A stretch of 64,000 nt of DNA from Candidatus Omnitrophota bacterium. Lineage in GTDB: Bacteria > Omnitrophota > Gorgyraeia > Ghiorseimicrobiales > Ghiorseimicrobiaceae. How positions within the stretch are numbered: position 1 is the first letter of the stretch; each line of letters opens with the position of its first letter. Below, in pieces: positions 18,268-26,959 of the stretch. The translations under genes were made by a program, and so were the position numbers. The stretch is taken from positions 223,207 to 287,206 of the forward strand of contig JAUXSB010000003.1 of assembly GCA_030681595.1 (NCBI GenBank). The letters run 5' to 3'. The notes under the pieces are model-generated. The model searched no databases. It was given only the letters and a program-made list of their open reading frames with translations, and was not told where the DNA came from.

Positions 18268-18324
18268 GTTTCTCCTTGTCAGTTAGACAACACCCGCGCG
18301 CTTCCGTTTAACGCGGGGTGCCCG
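18268..18324 (-). promoter_or_regulatory. L2 leader repeat immediately upstream of the fhs start.
   Basis: Sense: GGGCACCCCGCGTTAAACGGAAGCGCGCGGGTGTTGTCTAACTGACAAGGAGAAAC-ATG. Confidence 0.55.
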
Positions 18325-18690
18325 TTAATAACTAAACCTTTCGCTTAAAGGGAAGGCGTCAGTAAATAGGTTGATTTTCTTCCCGGAAATAGATACAATA
18401 TCGAATCTCGCGGCTGAATCCATTAAATTTTTAGATTTTAGGTATGAAATGGCGAGGACTGATAGTTTAAATTGTTTATTTTTATCTACTGCCTCGTAAG
18501 GCTGGCCGAAAAAACTAGTCACCCGTGTTTTTACCTCAATGAAGCAGAATACGTTTCTATCTTTTGCTATGATATCTATCTCGCCGAATCTCTTAAGGCG
18601 CCAATTGCGCTCTAAAATTTTATACCCTTTTTTCTTTAAAAAATTAACTGCTTCGTCTTCGCCGGCTTTGCCTAAAGCAATATTATGCAT
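18325..18690 (-). CDS. yraN: YraN family (UPF0102) endonuclease.
   Basis: 121-aa protein with the GExDIIAxD...FxEVKxR motif. Confidence 0.8.
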   Translation of the reverse strand: MHNIALGKAGEDEAVNFLKKKGYKILERNWRLKRFGEIDIIAKDRNVFCFIEVKTRVTSFFGQPYEAVDKNKQFKLSVLAISYLKSKNLMDSAARFDIVSISGKKINLFTDAFPLSERFSY

Positions 18691-19327
18691 TACACATTAA
18701 ACTAACCGGATAAAAACTTCTACGGTGTATCGCTGATACCCCTGCTTTTTTTAGATTCAGAATATGCTCACGGGTTCCATACCCTTTATGCTGCTTAAAT
18801 CCGTATTCAGGGTAAACCTTATCGTATATCTGCATAATACGGTCACGCGTAACCTTTGCTATGATAGATGCACAGGCTATTGATAAAGACTTACTATCCC
18901 CGCCTATAATACACTGGAATTTATAAGGAATATCTAAGGCGATATTTGTACCGTCAATCAGAAAAGATAATCTTTCAACACCTTTAATCTTATGCACACA
19001 GGAATAAATCGCATTTTCCATTGCCAGGCGAGTCGCCCTAAGTATATTCAGCGTATCAATTATTTTCTCGCAAATTATGCCTGTTCCAAAGAACGAATTT
19101 TGCGTTATCTCGTAATAAGCTTTCTCCCTTTGAGACGCAGAAAGAAGCTTAGAGTCATCAATTCTGTTTTTAAATTTTATTTTCTTTAAGACTACCGCCG
19201 CAGCCACCACTGGCCCTGCCAAAGGGCCGCGGCCAGCCTCATCTACGCCGCCGACACATTCAAATCCCTTTTTTAATACAGCCGACTCGTAGCTAAAATT
19301 AGGCATACCAATATACCAGCGTATCAC
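18683..19327 (-). CDS. rnhB: Ribonuclease HII.
   Basis: 214-aa protein with a GVDEAGRGPLAGPVV active-site region. Confidence 0.9.
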   Translation of the reverse strand: MIRWYIGMPNFSYESAVLKKGFECVGGVDEAGRGPLAGPVVAAAVVLKKIKFKNRIDDSKLLSASQREKAYYEITQNSFFGTGIICEKIIDTLNILRATRLAMENAIYSCVHKIKGVERLSFLIDGTNIALDIPYKFQCIIGGDSKSLSIACASIIAKVTRDRIMQIYDKVYPEYGFKQHKGYGTREHILNLKKAGVSAIHRRSFYPVSLMCNA

Positions 19328-19369
19328 CGTCAGGCGCTTTTATATTCCGGCACTTGACAGTTGATACTA

Positions 19370-19699
19370 TTATAAGGTCGCTTTCCTGCCTACTTTCTTG
19401 CGTAAATAATATAATTTTGCGCGCTTTACCTTTACAGAACCGGCAACTTCTATATTCTTTATAGAAGGAGAATGCACTATAAAAACTTTTTCAACTCCCT
19501 CGCCAAAAGATACCTTTCTTACCGTAATAGTCAGGCGCAGGCCGCTGCCTTTTTTGGCAATAACTGTCCCCTCAAAGGGATGAAGCCTGATTTTATCCCC
19601 TTCGGGTATCTTTACGTAAACTTTTACGTGGTCGCCGATATTAATTTTCGGCAAATCGGTTCTTAACTGTGCCTGTTCTAATAATGTGACTTTACTCAT
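19370..19699 (-). CDS. rplS: 50S ribosomal protein L19.
   Basis: 109-aa protein with L19 family sequence. It overlaps trmD by 4 nt. Confidence 0.95.
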   Translation of the reverse strand: MSKVTLLEQAQLRTDLPKINIGDHVKVYVKIPEGDKIRLHPFEGTVIAKKGSGLRLTITVRKVSFGEGVEKVFIVHSPSIKNIEVAGSVKVKRAKLYYLRKKVGRKATL

Positions 19700-20496
19700 T
19701 TAATTACTCCTTCCTTATTTTCCGTAGAATTTAAAAGATCCGGCCTTTTTAGGCGCGTAACCTTAAGCGCCTGATATTTACGCCATTCATCGATTTCCTT
19801 ATGATTTCCGGATAAAAGTACTTGGGGAACCTTCCTTCCGCGAAAATCAGCAGGCCGGGTATATTGCGGATACTCTAATAGATTACCCTCAAATGACTCA
19901 AATTTCAAGGAATTTTTATCGCCCAACACTCCCGGTATAAGCCGTGTCACAACATCCACTAAAACCATTGCCGCAACCTCGCCTCCGGTTAAAACATAAT
20001 CACCGATAGAAATTTCACTGTCCGCTAAATTATCCCTTACGCGCTCGTCTATGCCCTCGTAATGCCCGCAGATTAGAACTAGATGTTTATTCTTAGCTAA
20101 TTTTTTGACTAAACCTTGAGTTAAAGTTTTACCTTGGGGACTAAGCAGAATAATTTTTGTGCTTTGCACTTTGCGTTCTGCACTTTGCGCTTTGCGTTTT
20201 TTTGACGCATGACGCATGGCGCATGGCGCATGGCGCAAAATATTTTCTACTGCGCGAAATATTGGCTCTGGGCTCATTACCATGCCGCTTCCGCCGCCAA
20301 AAGGGCGGTCGTCAACTTTTCTGTGTTTATCTAAAGTATAATCTCTTAAGTTGTGAATATGAATTTTTAATTTTCCTTTATTCTGCGCGCGCTTGATAAT
20401 AGATTCATCCAACACGGCTGAAAACATATCGGGAAAAATTGTAATAATATCTATACGCATATTACCTGCAAGGATAGACTTTCCTATTACTCTCAA
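19696..20496 (-). CDS. trmD: tRNA (guanine37-N1)-methyltransferase TrmD.
   Basis: 266-aa protein with the TrmD SPOUT fold sequence. It carries an in-frame insertion of about 25 aa ([24 protein letters not shown]) encoded by heptamer tandem repeats. Confidence 0.9.
   Translation of the reverse strand: MRVIGKSILAGNMRIDIITIFPDMFSAVLDESIIKRAQNKGKLKIHIHNLRDYTLDKHRKVDDRPFGGGSGMVMSPEPIFRAVENILRHAPCAMRHASKKRKAQSAERKVQSTKIILLSPQGKTLTQGLVKKLAKNKHLVLICGHYEGIDERVRDNLADSEISIGDYVLTGGEVAAMVLVDVVTRLIPGVLGDKNSLKFESFEGNLLEYPQYTRPADFRGRKVPQVLLSGNHKEIDEWRKYQALKVTRLKRPDLLNSTENKEGVIK
20159..20240 (-). repeat. Heptamer tandem repeats inside trmD.
   Basis: (CATGGCG)x3, (CATGCGT)x2 and several CGCAAAG/TGCAAAG units. 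They are in frame and encode the inserted [24 protein letters not shown] segment. Confidence 0.9.
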
Positions 20497-20505
20497 GGAA
20501 ATGTC

Positions 20506-21075
20506 CTAAGGGGTTTTCTTCATCTGCCACAACAGCCAACTGCCCGAACCTAAACAAATTAACATAAAGATAACGGCCAAACAACGGATAAAAAAACCCA
20601 AAGTAACATCAAGTCCGATTATATTCAGACGGTTTAATAAATAATTCCAGTCGTGCACCACATCTTCCATCCCAAACAACGCTGCCAACGGCAGATTCAT
20701 AGTGCCGGCATCTCCAACGTATCTTGCTACGCCAAAAAGCGCCGTAGCAAGCCACCCGAAGGAAAGCGTCACGGCAAAAAAATCCTCTTGCCGGTAAAAA
20801 TTTATAACTCCGAATAGCGGAGCGAATAATTCAAATAGCGTCCCGCCCAAGATATTAATAAATTGGCCAAAAGGAGAAAAAAGTAAATGCCCCAACTCAT
20901 GTATGCCTAAATTAAGCGGCCCAAGAATATCGCTATAGCCCGGATTAAACAAATGCCGGATAAAAATATATAAAAAACCCAACAGAAGCGGAAAACGCAC
21001 CAGCCAGTTCCTGCCACGGCAGTACTCAACCGCTTCAGAACACAACAATTCTATTGCTTCTTTAATAATCTTCAA
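20506..21075 (-). CDS. Hypothetical polytopic membrane protein with an HELGH motif.
   Basis: 189-aa protein with several hydrophobic helices and a single HExxH-like motif. No family could be assigned. Confidence 0.4.
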   Translation of the reverse strand: MKIIKEAIELLCSEAVEYCRGRNWLVRFPLLLGFLYIFIRHLFNPGYSDILGPLNLGIHELGHLLFSPFGQFINILGGTLFELFAPLFGVINFYRQEDFFAVTLSFGWLATALFGVARYVGDAGTMNLPLAALFGMEDVVHDWNYLLNRLNIIGLDVTLGFFIRCLAVIFMLICLGSGSWLLWQMKKTP

Positions 21076-22234
21076 CCTTCGTTTTGGCTATGCTGTAAGC
21101 GGCAAAAAATTCTTTTTTAAAATCAGAAAACCTGTCTTCGCTGATTGCCGCCCTGGCTTTCTCCATAAGAGAAAGATAAAAATAAATATTATGATACGAA
21201 ACCAGTATCGCCCCTAAAATCTCGCTTGCGTTTAATAGATGCCTTATATACGAGCGCGAATAATCCCTGCAAACAAAACAGTTGCATTCCTCATCTAACG
21301 GCCTTAAATCATTAATGTAAGGGGAATTCCGCACCACAATTTTTCCGCGCCAAGTAAAAACCGTGCCGTTTCTGCCGTATCTTGTAGGCACAACGCAATC
21401 AAACATGTCTACGCCGCAATCTACCGCTGAGATCATATCTTCCGGAGTTCCTACGCCCATTAAATAACGAGGAAATTCTTTAGGTAGGTATTCGCAGGTC
21501 GTTTGTACGATATTATACAACAAATCCTGCGGCTCGCCAACTGAAATTCCGCCTAAAGAATATCCATCAAACCCTATTTTTGCCAATTCTTCCGCGCAAT
21601 ATTTCCTTAAATCCGGATAAGTCGCGCCTTGTACAATACCAAATAATAAATTTCGGGATGCGGGATACGCCAGCCCGACTTCATTCTGGCGGGGGATGCG
21701 GGATTGACTAAGCGCTTCTTTAGAACGCTTTGCCCATTGAATGGTCCGCCTCATCGCTACTTCTGCTTCATCTCTAACGCATGGATAATGCACGCATTCA
21801 TCCAAGGGCATTAAAATATCCGAACCCAGAGTAAGCTGTGTCTCAATTACGCTTTCCGGGGTAAGGGTATGTTTCGAGCCGTCGATATGCGACTGAAATT
21901 CCACTCCCCTATCGGCCACCTTTCTTAATTTTGCCAGGCTAAATACCTGATATCCGCCGGAGTCAGTTAAAATCGGCTTATCCCAGTGCATAAATTTATG
22001 TAAACCCCCGGCATTTTTAATTACCTCTAAGCCCGGGCGCAGGTACAAATGATAAGCGTTGGCAAGGATAATCTGCGCAGAGCACTCTTCCAAGTCGCGG
22101 ACAGTGAGCGCTTTGACTGTGCCCTGTGTGCCTACCGGCATAAAAATCGGCGTATCAATTACGCCATGCGCTGCCTTTAATTTCCCTAGGCGCGCATTTG
22201 AATTCTTATCCTGATGAATTAAGTTAAAAGACAT
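21062..22234 (-). CDS. tgt: Queuine tRNA-ribosyltransferase.
   Basis: 390-aa protein with the Tgt TIM-barrel sequence and zinc-site CxCxxC...H. It contains an in-frame palindromic insertion at ~21655-21705. Confidence 0.9.
   Translation of the reverse strand: MSFNLIHQDKNSNARLGKLKAAHGVIDTPIFMPVGTQGTVKALTVRDLEECSAQIILANAYHLYLRPGLEVIKNAGGLHKFMHWDKPILTDSGGYQVFSLAKLRKVADRGVEFQSHIDGSKHTLTPESVIETQLTLGSDILMPLDECVHYPCVRDEAEVAMRRTIQWAKRSKEALSQSRIPRQNEVGLAYPASRNLLFGIVQGATYPDLRKYCAEELAKIGFDGYSLGGISVGEPQDLLYNIVQTTCEYLPKEFPRYLMGVGTPEDMISAVDCGVDMFDCVVPTRYGRNGTVFTWRGKIVVRNSPYINDLRPLDEECNCFVCRDYSRSYIRHLLNASEILGAILVSYHNIYFYLSLMEKARAAISEDRFSDFKKEFFAAYSIAKTKVEDY
21655..21705 (-). repeat. In-frame mini-palindrome in tgt, flanked by 12-nt direct repeats.
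   Basis: GGGATGCGGGAT-acg-CCAGCCCGACTTCATTCTGGCG-gg-GGGATGCGGGAT. The palindrome is nearly identical to the 28-nt insertion in R1 copy A (~13982-14010). Confidence 0.85.
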
Positions 22235-22241
22235 AGCCCGC

Positions 22242-23051
22242 CTATTTTAATACCCTTTCTAAAAATTCCCTTATCATGGGAACAACCTTATGCTTCAACT
22301 CTATAAATGCTGTGTTGTGTCCGCCGATTATCTCTATTAATTCAGCGTTAGGTGCTACGGAAAAAAGCTCCTTTGCTAATTGATACGGCACGATCTCGTC
22401 ATTTTTAGAATGAAAAAATAATTTTGGGGCTTTTATATTTTTTATCTTAGACAAAGAATCAAAGCTTATCATATAGAGAAACGATGGAATTAACGGGTAT
22501 ACCCGCTTCCCCATAGCCTTGGCAGAAGTAAACGCCCCTTCAATAATCAAGGCGGCGGTGGCATTTTTTGCGGCTAAATCTATAGCCATCGCCGCGCCCA
22601 GAGATTCGCCGAAAAGCACAATTTTCCCGGGGCTGGCTTTACGTATTTCTGTTAAATATTTGTATGCCGCCTCCGTATCCAAATACAGGCCTTTTTCCGA
22701 AGGCTGTCCTTTACTTCTTCCGTATCCGCGGTAATCAAAAATAAATATATCCAGCCCGAGATTGTTAAAGATTAATATTTTTTCCAGGCGATGGCTGATA
22801 TTCCCGCCGTTGCCGTGACAAAATAATAATACCCCCTTGGGAGAATTTGCCGGGATAAACCATCCGGAAATTTGTATGCCGTCTTTTGTTTTAACCCTCA
22901 CATCCTCATAGGCCAAAGCTACATCTTCGGGTGTCGCTTCAATTTCCCTTAAAGGAAAATACACATTTTTTCTTTCCAGGTATCTTAAGAAAAAAAATAA
23001 AAAAATTACCGCCAGTATTAAATTTATTAAAGCCTTTATCATATCTTTCAT
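22242..23051 (-). CDS. Alpha/beta hydrolase family protein.
   Basis: 269-aa protein with an N-terminal TM helix and a GESLG nucleophile elbow. Confidence 0.6.
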   Translation of the reverse strand: MKDMIKALINLILAVIFLFFFLRYLERKNVYFPLREIEATPEDVALAYEDVRVKTKDGIQISGWFIPANSPKGVLLFCHGNGGNISHRLEKILIFNNLGLDIFIFDYRGYGRSKGQPSEKGLYLDTEAAYKYLTEIRKASPGKIVLFGESLGAAMAIDLAAKNATAALIIEGAFTSAKAMGKRVYPLIPSFLYMISFDSLSKIKNIKAPKLFFHSKNDEIVPYQLAKELFSVAPNAELIEIIGGHNTAFIELKHKVVPMIREFLERVLK

Positions 23052-23058
23052 TTAATGC

Positions 23059-23382
23059 TTACTTGTTACTACATAACTTTTCATAATACTCGGCAGGCTT
23101 ACCGTCTTCTAAAGGAAACTCCGCGCAATTTTTTGGCCTAACCTTATAGACCAGGCATTTTTTATCATCCGCCTGAAAAATACACCGGCCGTCTTTAACC
23201 AGTGTTTCATAATTATAACCGGGTGCTGGGTTATCTTTGGGATGGACCAGCCTAAACCATGGCCTCTTAACTTTTGGCGATAAAGCAATAATTTTCCTTG
23301 CTTCCTCCCGGCTTAACTCTACTCCTTCCTGACAACATGAACCTGACTTACAACTAGTGCATTTTTCTAGTAATTTTTCCAT
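23059..23382 (-). CDS. YkgJ-family cysteine-cluster (putative Fe-S/zinc) protein.
   Basis: 107-aa protein with a CxxCxxGSCC motif. Confidence 0.55.
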   Translation of the reverse strand: MEKLLEKCTSCKSGSCCQEGVELSREEARKIIALSPKVKRPWFRLVHPKDNPAPGYNYETLVKDGRCIFQADDKKCLVYKVRPKNCAEFPLEDGKPAEYYEKLCSNK

Positions 23383-23436
23383 TGCCCCCTCACAAAATCA
23401 GCCTGTTCGGCTCTGTTAAAGATTATAACGGTAGGC

Positions 23437-23479
23437 AAAACTAATAGAATTTCGTGTGCGAAGAAGTTCCATTAGTTTT
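23437..23479 (-). terminator. Strong hairpin between queA and the YkgJ-family gene.
   Basis: AAAACTAATAGAATT-[13-nt loop]-AGTTCCATTAGTTTT forms a 14-bp stem. It is followed in sense orientation by a TTATAAT -10-like box at ~23422-23428. Confidence 0.4.
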
Positions 23480-23498
23480 ACGTTTCTCAATAATACCG

Positions 23499-24533
23499 TC
23501 ACACTATCAACATTGCATCACCATAACTGTAAAACCTGTATTTTTCTTTTATTGCTTCGTTATACGCGCTTTTGATAAGCTCGATGCCGGCTCCGACGGA
23601 GTCGGATGCGCCTGCGGCGCAAAAAGCACACACCAGCATAAAAAGCGTACTCTTGGGAAGATGAAAATTAGTCAAGAGGCAATCTACCGCCTTAAATTGA
23701 TACCCGGGATAGATAAATAGATTGGTATAACCTTTATGGGTAGCGGGCAAATCCCCTATTTCCTCAAGCACCCTGCAAGAAGTTGAACCAACAGCAAAAA
23801 CACGCCCCCCCGCCCTCTTTGCCTCGCTTATTTTTTCTATCAACTTCGCTTCAACCTCAAAATACTCTGGCTCCATTTCATGGCTAATAACATCCTCTGC
23901 TTTTACCGGCTTAAAGGTGCCTGTACCGACATGCAAGGTAACATAGTCAACCAATACGCCTTTAGCGCTAACTTTCCCTAGCAATTCTTCGGTAAAATGC
24001 AATCCTGCGGTTGGCGCGGCAATTGAACCGGAAGTTTTTGCAAAAATTGTCTGGTATCTTTCAAAGTCTAAACTTTTTGATTGCCTCTTAATATAAGGCG
24101 GTAGCGGCATTGTCCCAATTTGATAAACTTTATCTATGCCTTCTTGCTCAAAAGCAATTTTCCCTTTTTCAACTATTTTTGCCTTAAAGCCGCCATTATT
24201 ATCATCAAACAAAATCGCCTCGCCTTGTTCAAACTTTTTAGCCGGTTTTACCATCACCGAAAAAATATTACCTTCTCTTTTAAGCAACAAGAATTCTATT
24301 TTTGCACCCGTCTTTTCCCTTACCCCGAATACCCGCGCCGGAAGAACCTTGGTATTATTTAAAATAAGCAGGTCGCCGTTTTCAAAATAATCGGCTATCT
24401 GGAAAAATTTTTTATGCGCAATGCGTTTGGTACGCCTGTCTAAAACCATGAGGCGGCTATCATCGCGCTTATCAAGCGGATACTGGGCAATTAATTCTTT
24501 GGGTAAATTATAATCGAAATCAGAAAGCCACAT
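23499..24533 (-). CDS. queA: S-adenosylmethionine:tRNA ribosyltransferase-isomerase.
   Basis: 344-aa protein with the QueA family N-terminus (DFDYxLPxELIAQxP). Confidence 0.9.
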   Translation of the reverse strand: MWLSDFDYNLPKELIAQYPLDKRDDSRLMVLDRRTKRIAHKKFFQIADYFENGDLLILNNTKVLPARVFGVREKTGAKIEFLLLKREGNIFSVMVKPAKKFEQGEAILFDDNNGGFKAKIVEKGKIAFEQEGIDKVYQIGTMPLPPYIKRQSKSLDFERYQTIFAKTSGSIAAPTAGLHFTEELLGKVSAKGVLVDYVTLHVGTGTFKPVKAEDVISHEMEPEYFEVEAKLIEKISEAKRAGGRVFAVGSTSCRVLEEIGDLPATHKGYTNLFIYPGYQFKAVDCLLTNFHLPKSTLFMLVCAFCAAGASDSVGAGIELIKSAYNEAIKEKYRFYSYGDAMLIV

Positions 24534-25707
24534 TGCCTATTTCCTCTATTTTTGCCCCGGGATAATAGAATTTAAGGATATCCTGATATTTATAGCCTTT
24601 TCTAGAAGCAAAATACGCCCCCCACTGGCACATCCCCACGCCATGGCCCCAGCCGAAACCTTCAAAATATATATTATCTCCGGAAAATGTTAAGTCAAAA
24701 TTTGTGCTGCGGATATCCGTTCCCCCGATTATCTGGCGAAAATCCTTTGCCGAGATGATATGATTAGCGGATTTCGATTTTAACTTTAATTTTTTTACCC
24801 TGCCTGACTTATCCCTGCCCAAAATTTCTATTGCCTCTAAAGAATCAATGCTATATCCGGATTTATTCAATTTATTAATAAGCTCCGAGCGAGATAAAGT
24901 TTTTTGCCATTTGAAATGCTTCGACTTTACGCAAAAATTGCAATCAACTCCTTTAAGCGGGACAAGATTCATATCCCAAAGCTGGGCCGCATCTTCTGTC
25001 TTTCCCCCGCAGGTGGCATGAAAGTATGCCGGAAAGATTTTTCCCTTATAAGTCAAAACCAATCCCTTGGTATGCTCAACAGCAGAATTAGTCCGGTAAC
25101 GCTCGGCGTCTTTACCGCCATACACTTGAGAATAAATATCGCTGGTTACATCGTAATCTTTATCTTTACTCACTTCTTTCTGATAAAGTACGTATGTACG
25201 CGTAGCTACTGCCTGCGCGCAAAGAGCCTCTTTCGGCCAATGATGCGATACCTCATGAAATAAAACCCCCTTGACGTAATCTTCCAAATTTAGACAATTT
25301 ATTACCGAGAAGCTTAGGTCATTTTCTTTTCTTATAATCAGCCCGCCGCGCAAAGGGCGGTTGTTTAAATAAAATAAGGCGCTTTCCGGAAAAATAACTA
25401 TCCTGTTTTCCCTCAAAAGATTATCGCCTATTGTTATACCGTCTATATCCATATATACTTTCGCATTTATGTTTTCCCCTGCCCCTAAGGCGTTTTTTGT
25501 TTTTAAAGATTCTATTTTGTAATTGCCCTTTATATAAAGTTCAAAAGACGGAGCATTTTTTAAAATAAGCACGCGTACATAATTGCCAGTCTCGGATTGG
25601 GCATAAGCAAAAGAAAGGTAGCAAGTAGCAAGTAGCAAGTAGCAAGTAAAAAATAAAAAAATAAATAAGCTGGCGACTGGCGACTGGCGACTGGCGACTG
25701 TTTTCAT
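24520..25707 (-). CDS. SpoIID/LytB domain protein (amidase enhancer), secreted.
   Basis: SpoIID-family C-terminal region. The start was chosen at Met7 (MKTVASRQ...). The signal-peptide coding region contains two arrays of four heptamer repeats. Confidence 0.75.
   Translation of the reverse strand: MKTVASRQSPVASLFIFLFFTCYLLLATCYLSFAYAQSETGNYVRVLILKNAPSFELYIKGNYKIESLKTKNALGAGENINAKVYMDIDGITIGDNLLRENRIVIFPESALFYLNNRPLRGGLIIRKENDLSFSVINCLNLEDYVKGVLFHEVSHHWPKEALCAQAVATRTYVLYQKEVSKDKDYDVTSDIYSQVYGGKDAERYRTNSAVEHTKGLVLTYKGKIFPAYFHATCGGKTEDAAQLWDMNLVPLKGVDCNFCVKSKHFKWQKTLSRSELINKLNKSGYSIDSLEAIEILGRDKSGRVKKLKLKSKSANHIISAKDFRQIIGGTDIRSTNFDLTFSGDNIYFEGFGWGHGVGMCQWGAYFASRKGYKYQDILKFYYPGAKIEEIGNVAF
25617..25700 (-). 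repeat. Two adjacent heptanucleotide tandem arrays inside the SpoIID-like signal-peptide coding region.
   Basis: (AGCAAGT)x4 at ~25617-25648 and (CTGGCGA)x4 at ~25670-25700, separated by an A-rich tract. Confidence 0.9.
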
Positions 25708-25919
25708 CGGCGGGACCATAGCCAAAAAATTATTGAAATGATGATACTGATTAAAATAGATGTGGCGAGAGGAAAATAAAAAGTAAAATCCTTCTTTTGT
25801 ATTAAAATATCTCCGGGAAGTTTTCCCAAAAATGGAATTTTCCCGGCAAAGGTTAATAATAATCCGATGCCGATTAAAACAACGCCGAAAATAATTAAGG
25901 TTTTACCGATTTCTTGCAT
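25704..25919 (-). CDS. DUF2905-like small membrane protein.
   Basis: Two hydrophobic helices. The start was trimmed to the internal Met to reduce overlap with queH. Confidence 0.45.
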   Translation of the reverse strand: MQEIGKTLIIFGVVLIGIGLLLTFAGKIPFLGKLPGDILIQKKDFTFYFPLATSILISIIISIIFWLWSRR

Positions 25920-26437
25920 CTTTCTAATTCCGAATACGCGCATCCGCAATATTTCTGCCTATAAAGATTTGCCCGCTTGGCTCTTTCCTGCGCTTCTCTA
26001 AACCCCGGGCGAAAATCCTCAAAATAAAATTCAATATCTGTATCTTCCGCTACTTTCTCGCCCGTAATTTTAAGCAAATCCTGATCCTGATAGGGGCTGA
26101 CTAAAAGCGTAGTCGAGAAGCTGTCAAAATTATTATCTTTCGCAAACTGTGCTGCCTCTTTTAAACGCATCTGCCAGCAGATGTTACAACGTTGTGGCTT
26201 TTCCGCATCAGCCGCCACTAAATTTAAATAATTATTACAGTCGTTTTTGCCAACGATTAAATCAAACTTAATATCTCTTGAATAATCCTTTAAGGTATTA
26301 AGCCGTGTATCATACTCAGCCAAAGGGCTGATATTAGGATTATAAAATAACCCTGTAACCTTAAAGTGTTTTTTCTTAAGCTGTTCTACGGGATAAATCA
26401 AACACGGCGCACAGCAGGTATGGAGAAGTAGTTTCAT
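25895..26437 (-). CDS. queH: Epoxyqueuosine reductase QueH (DUF208).
   Basis: 180-aa protein with the HTCCAPC N-terminal motif and conserved Cys residues. Confidence 0.8.
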   Translation of the reverse strand: MKLLLHTCCAPCLIYPVEQLKKKHFKVTGLFYNPNISPLAEYDTRLNTLKDYSRDIKFDLIVGKNDCNNYLNLVAADAEKPQRCNICWQMRLKEAAQFAKDNNFDSFSTTLLVSPYQDQDLLKITGEKVAEDTDIEFYFEDFRPGFREAQERAKRANLYRQKYCGCAYSELERCKKSVKP

Positions 26438-26467
26438 ATTTACTATTCTTGAATATTTATTTTCCTG

Positions 26468-26869
26468 TCACTCGTTGCTATTTTCTACGATTCTTTTAAA
26501 AGTAGTAATACTTCCGTTCATTTCTTTTAAAACAAATTTTTCTTTGCTTACCGCCTGGATGGGATTAATATCTTTTTCACCCGCTTCCCCGACAAGAATG
26601 GTATCTTGATTGTATGTCCAAATAAATTCATTATCCTTCACTTCCCATGTTCCGGTTAGTATATCGGGTGATTCCTTGAGAGGACAATACCCCTTCGAAA
26701 TAAATGTTCCATCTAGTTTAATTGTAATAACTGAACGCACGCTCCCTACGGTCGCCTCCCATGTTCCGATAAACATTTCATCGACGCTCTCTATGTTATC
26801 TTGGCAGAAAGACGAAGGCATGAGTAGCGACAATTCCAAGAAAGCAAAAATTAAGATATTCTTTATCAT
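26468..26869 (-). CDS. Hypothetical secreted protein.
   Basis: 133-aa protein with a signal peptide and no recognisable motif. Confidence 0.4.
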   Translation of the reverse strand: MIKNILIFAFLELSLLMPSSFCQDNIESVDEMFIGTWEATVGSVRSVITIKLDGTFISKGYCPLKESPDILTGTWEVKDNEFIWTYNQDTILVGEAGEKDINPIQAVSKEKFVLKEMNGSITTFKRIVENSNE

Positions 26870-26959
26870 GTGACCATTTCTTTAAAAATTTATATTTTAC
26901 ATTCCGCTCATCCCATACACGATAGACGAACTTCGCTTTTTTGTGTTAGATATATTTTA

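Noticed and set aside
18268-18324. L2 as a ZTP (pfl) or THF riboswitch, since it precedes fhs and folD.
   Set aside because: At about 55 nt it is too short. I could not find the conserved ZTP pseudoknot or THF junction sequences. I left it as an unclassified leader.
25617-25700. Tandem repeats at 25617-25700 and 20159-20240 could have been a CRISPR array.
   Set aside because: The units are 7 bp with no unique spacers. They lie inside ORFs and no cas genes are present. They are microsatellite-type arrays.
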